Positions 61,153 through 64,000 of a DNA stretch of 64,000 bases are shown here, in pieces; the stretch's first letter is position 1; the number at the start of each line of letters is the position of its first letter. The notes below the pieces were generated by a model. That model did not search any database and had not been told where the DNA came from. It saw nothing but the letters and a program-made list of their open reading frames with translations. The position numbers were made by a program, and so were the translations under genes. Origin of the DNA: Octopus sinensis (lineage: Eukaryota); assembly GCF_006345805.1 (NCBI RefSeq), contig NC_042998.1, positions 169,570,001 through 169,634,000 on the forward strand, written 5' to 3'.

Positions 61153-61561
61153 ATTATTATTATTATTTAATTTTTTTTTTTAAATTTAAAAAACTTTAAC
61201 TTTCAAATATATCATTCAGTTTATGAACTCTTGTTCCTGCTCATAAACATCTGTGATACATTTGGTAACAGATGGTAAACTTATTTGATTACCAAATGGC
61301 TTAATAGCTCACGAATACAAACTACCCACTGCGATCAAGTTGTTTTAAATAAAGTATTTGACGGTTTTTTTTTTATACATACTTGCTTTTTAAGGTTTGC
61401 ATTTGAACAATTCTAGTAATTGTTTTCATTGTTTCATTATATATCACCAAAATTAATAGCCTTTTATTGTTGTCAATGTTTTCATTTTTAGCTTCAAGGA
61501 AACATAATGAGATTGAGTAACAATAATAATAATAATGATAATAATAATAATAATAACAATA

Positions 61562-62110
61562 AATGCCCTGATGCAGTACCAGACAGTGGCTCTCATGGCT
61601 GCTGATCTTAACTGATTGGAAGTGTTATCATGTACATTGTTTTGTCTCGGTATACATGGGCTACAGTAAATATTCTGCTCAACACCAGATTTGCTTGTCA
61701 GTTGCTTGGCCTTAACCAGTTGAGCATGTCCCTTAGTGGCTGACGATATGTACATCTCTGATCACGAGCAGAAGTAGTGGGGGAGCATCATAGCTGTGTG
61801 TTGAAAGGAATTCTTAGAGGTTTGGATAATTCACCTTTGGAAACATGGGTGATTTGTTCAACATCCTTAATTCTTATTCAGGGACATTTTGAGTGGGATG
61901 GGCTACTTGACCCGGAGAAAATTCTAACTGGGCCCGACCTGCAAGGTCATGCACTGTTTATCTTGATATGAGATCATCATGTCATGCACATATGGTTGTG
62001 ATGCATGTGTCTGCTGTACCCTTATCAGACTGGTAGTCCTGATGGGTATACTGGGCTTTGTATATTTTACTCCAGCGTCACTTTGATGGTATGCACTGCT
62101 CTCTCACTCA
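61562..62110 (+). mobile_element. Family F element, copy 3, inverted relative to copies 1 and 2
   Basis: Reverse complement of 60598-61152, flanked by (AAT)n. Confidence 0.85.
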
Positions 62111-62129
62111 ATAATAATAATAATAATAA

Positions 62130-63872
62130 GCCTTGCTGCTATAGGTACAAGGCCTGGATTTTTGTGGGGAGGGGGACAATGGATCACATTGACCCCAGTA
62201 CTTGGCTGGTACTTAATTTATCGACCCCAATAGGATGAAAAGCAAAAGTTGACCTCAGCAGAATTTGAACTCAGAATGTAGCAACAGATGAAATACTGCT
62301 AAGCATTTCCCCTGGCATGCTAACAATTCTGCCAGCTCACTGCCTTAATAATAATAATAATCTATTCTGTTATATGCACAAGACCTGAATTTTGGGATGG
62401 GGGGGGGCTATCTGATTAATTAAACCACAGTGCTCAGCTGGTATTTACTTTATTGATCCCAAAAGGATGAAAGGCAATGTTAACCTCAGTAGCACATTAG
62501 TCCAGAATGTAATGAGCTGGAAGAATTTCTGCTAAGCATTTTGTTCAATGCAGTAATGGTTTGGCCAGTACACTACCTTACTACTACTACTACTGATAAT
62601 AATAATAATGGTTTCAAATTTTGCTGCAAGGGCAGCAGTTTTGGGGAAGGGGATGAGTTGATTACATCGACCCCAGTGTTCAACTGGTACTTTAACTTAT
62701 TAATCCTGAAAAGATGAAAGGCAAAGTCTACCTCGGCAGAATTTGAACTCAGAATGGAGTAACAGGCAAATTACCACCAAACATTTCGTCCAGTGTGCTA
62801 ACGATCCTGCCATCTTGCCACCTTAATAATAATAATAATAATAATAATCCTTTCTCCTATTGGTACAAGACCCAGTAATTTGGGGGAGAAAGCTGGTCAA
62901 TTAAATCAAGCCCAGTGCTTAACTGGTACTTATTTCATTGACCCTGAAAGGTCGAAAGGCAAAGTTGACCTCAATAGAATTTGAACTCGCGATGTAGTGA
63001 CAGACAAAATGCTGCCAAGCATTTTGCCTGATGTGCTATAGGTTCTGCCAACTTACCATGTTTTTAATAGCTATTTCTACAATAGGCAAAAGGCCTGACA
63101 TCTGTGGGGAGGGAGCTAGTCATTTGACAATTGGTACATATTTCATCATCTCCAAACGAATAAATGGTAGTTGACCTGGGTGGAGTTTGAACTCAGATCA
63201 TAAAAGCAGACAAAATAGCCACGAAGTATTTTATCTGATGTGTTATCAATTCTACCAGCTTGCTGCCTTAATAATGATAATTTCAAATTTTGGCATATAT
63301 CCAGCTGTTTCAGGGAAGGATTAGTTGACTATATCAACTCCATTTCAATAAATGGTACTTATTTTATTGACCCTGAAAGGATGAAAAGCAAAGCTGACCT
63401 TGGCGGAAGTTGAACTTAAAACATATAGACAGAAGCGCTAAACATTTTGCTTGGCATGCTAATAATTCTGCCAGCTCACAACCTTCTTAATAATAATAAT
63501 CCTTTCTACTATAGGCATGAAGCCTGAAATTTTGGGGTAGTTGATTACATGAACCCCAGTGTTTCACTGGTACTTAATTTATTGACCCCAAAAGGATGAA
63601 AGACAAAGTCAACCTTGGCAAAATTGAACTCAGAACGTAGTGGTGTGCTAGCGATTCTGCCAGCTCACCGCCTTTATAATAATAATAATCTCTGCTATAG
63701 GTACAAGGTCTGAAATTGGGGGAGGGGACTAGTTGACTACATCGAGACCAGTGTTTCACTGGTACTTAAGGATCAAAGGCAATGTTGACCTTAACATAAT
63801 CTGAACTCAGAGACAGGCAAAATGTTGCTATGCATTTTGCCCATTATGCTAACGATTCTGCCAGCTCACCTC

Positions 63873-63906
<34 letters not shown>

Positions 63907-64000
63907 GTTTCAAATTTTACAAGGGCAGCCATTTTGGGGGAAGGGATGAGTCGATTACAACTACTCCAGTATTTCACTGGTACTTAATTTATCAATCCCT
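62130..64000 (-). mobile_element. Array of nine mutually diverged SINE family A copies separated by (AAT)n
   Basis: Units start at about 62130, 62360, 62610, 62850, 63070, 63282, 63500, 63690 and 63905; the last is cut by the window edge. Confidence 0.9.

Noticed and set aside
61562-61625. An HDV-like ribozyme at the end of family F
   Set aside because: Partial P2- and P3-like pairings can be drawn, but P1 needs a bulge, and the GG of P1.1, P4 and the catalytic J4/2 strand are missing.
62130-64000. A CRISPR-like or satellite array
   Set aside because: The units are about 200-bp diverged SINEs joined by (AAT)n. There are no short identical repeats with unique spacers and no cas genes, and the context is eukaryotic.

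Overview
Eukaryotic, AT-rich, microsatellite-dense genomic DNA. It is most likely an octopus (coleoid cephalopod); this is inferred from recognising the tRNA-derived SINE families and the TE mix, not from a database search. I find no intact protein-coding gene, rRNA, tRNA gene, CRISPR array or prokaryotic feature, and nearly all ORFs in the track are chance frames over repeats. The window is mostly decayed mobile DNA: a Tx1/L1-type LINE ORF2 (1.15-3.15 kb), a HERO-type RLE retrotransposon (32.7-34.95 kb), two RTE LINE pieces, two Penelope-like (PLE, GIY-YIG) fragments, mariner pieces including a fold-back derivative, three non-autonomous Helitrons, Merlin/MULE-, pogo-, piggyBac- and hAT-like MITEs, and dozens of SINEs. 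The most striking signal is not protein-coding. At least eight minimal type-I hammerhead ribozyme folds are dispersed through the window. They show recurrent non-canonical cores (U4C, U3/A8, an extra purine after A9). Several sit at the centre of short elements bounded by inverted repeats, so these look like MITEs but have a PLE-like ribozyme core. Three further palindromes carry half a hammerhead core mirrored about stem II. Other notable features are a sharp change from CpG-retaining to CpG-decayed repeats at about 48.4 kb (probable start of a methylated gene body) and a 4.5-kb nest of retroposons chained by (ATT)n that flips polarity at about 61.3 kb.
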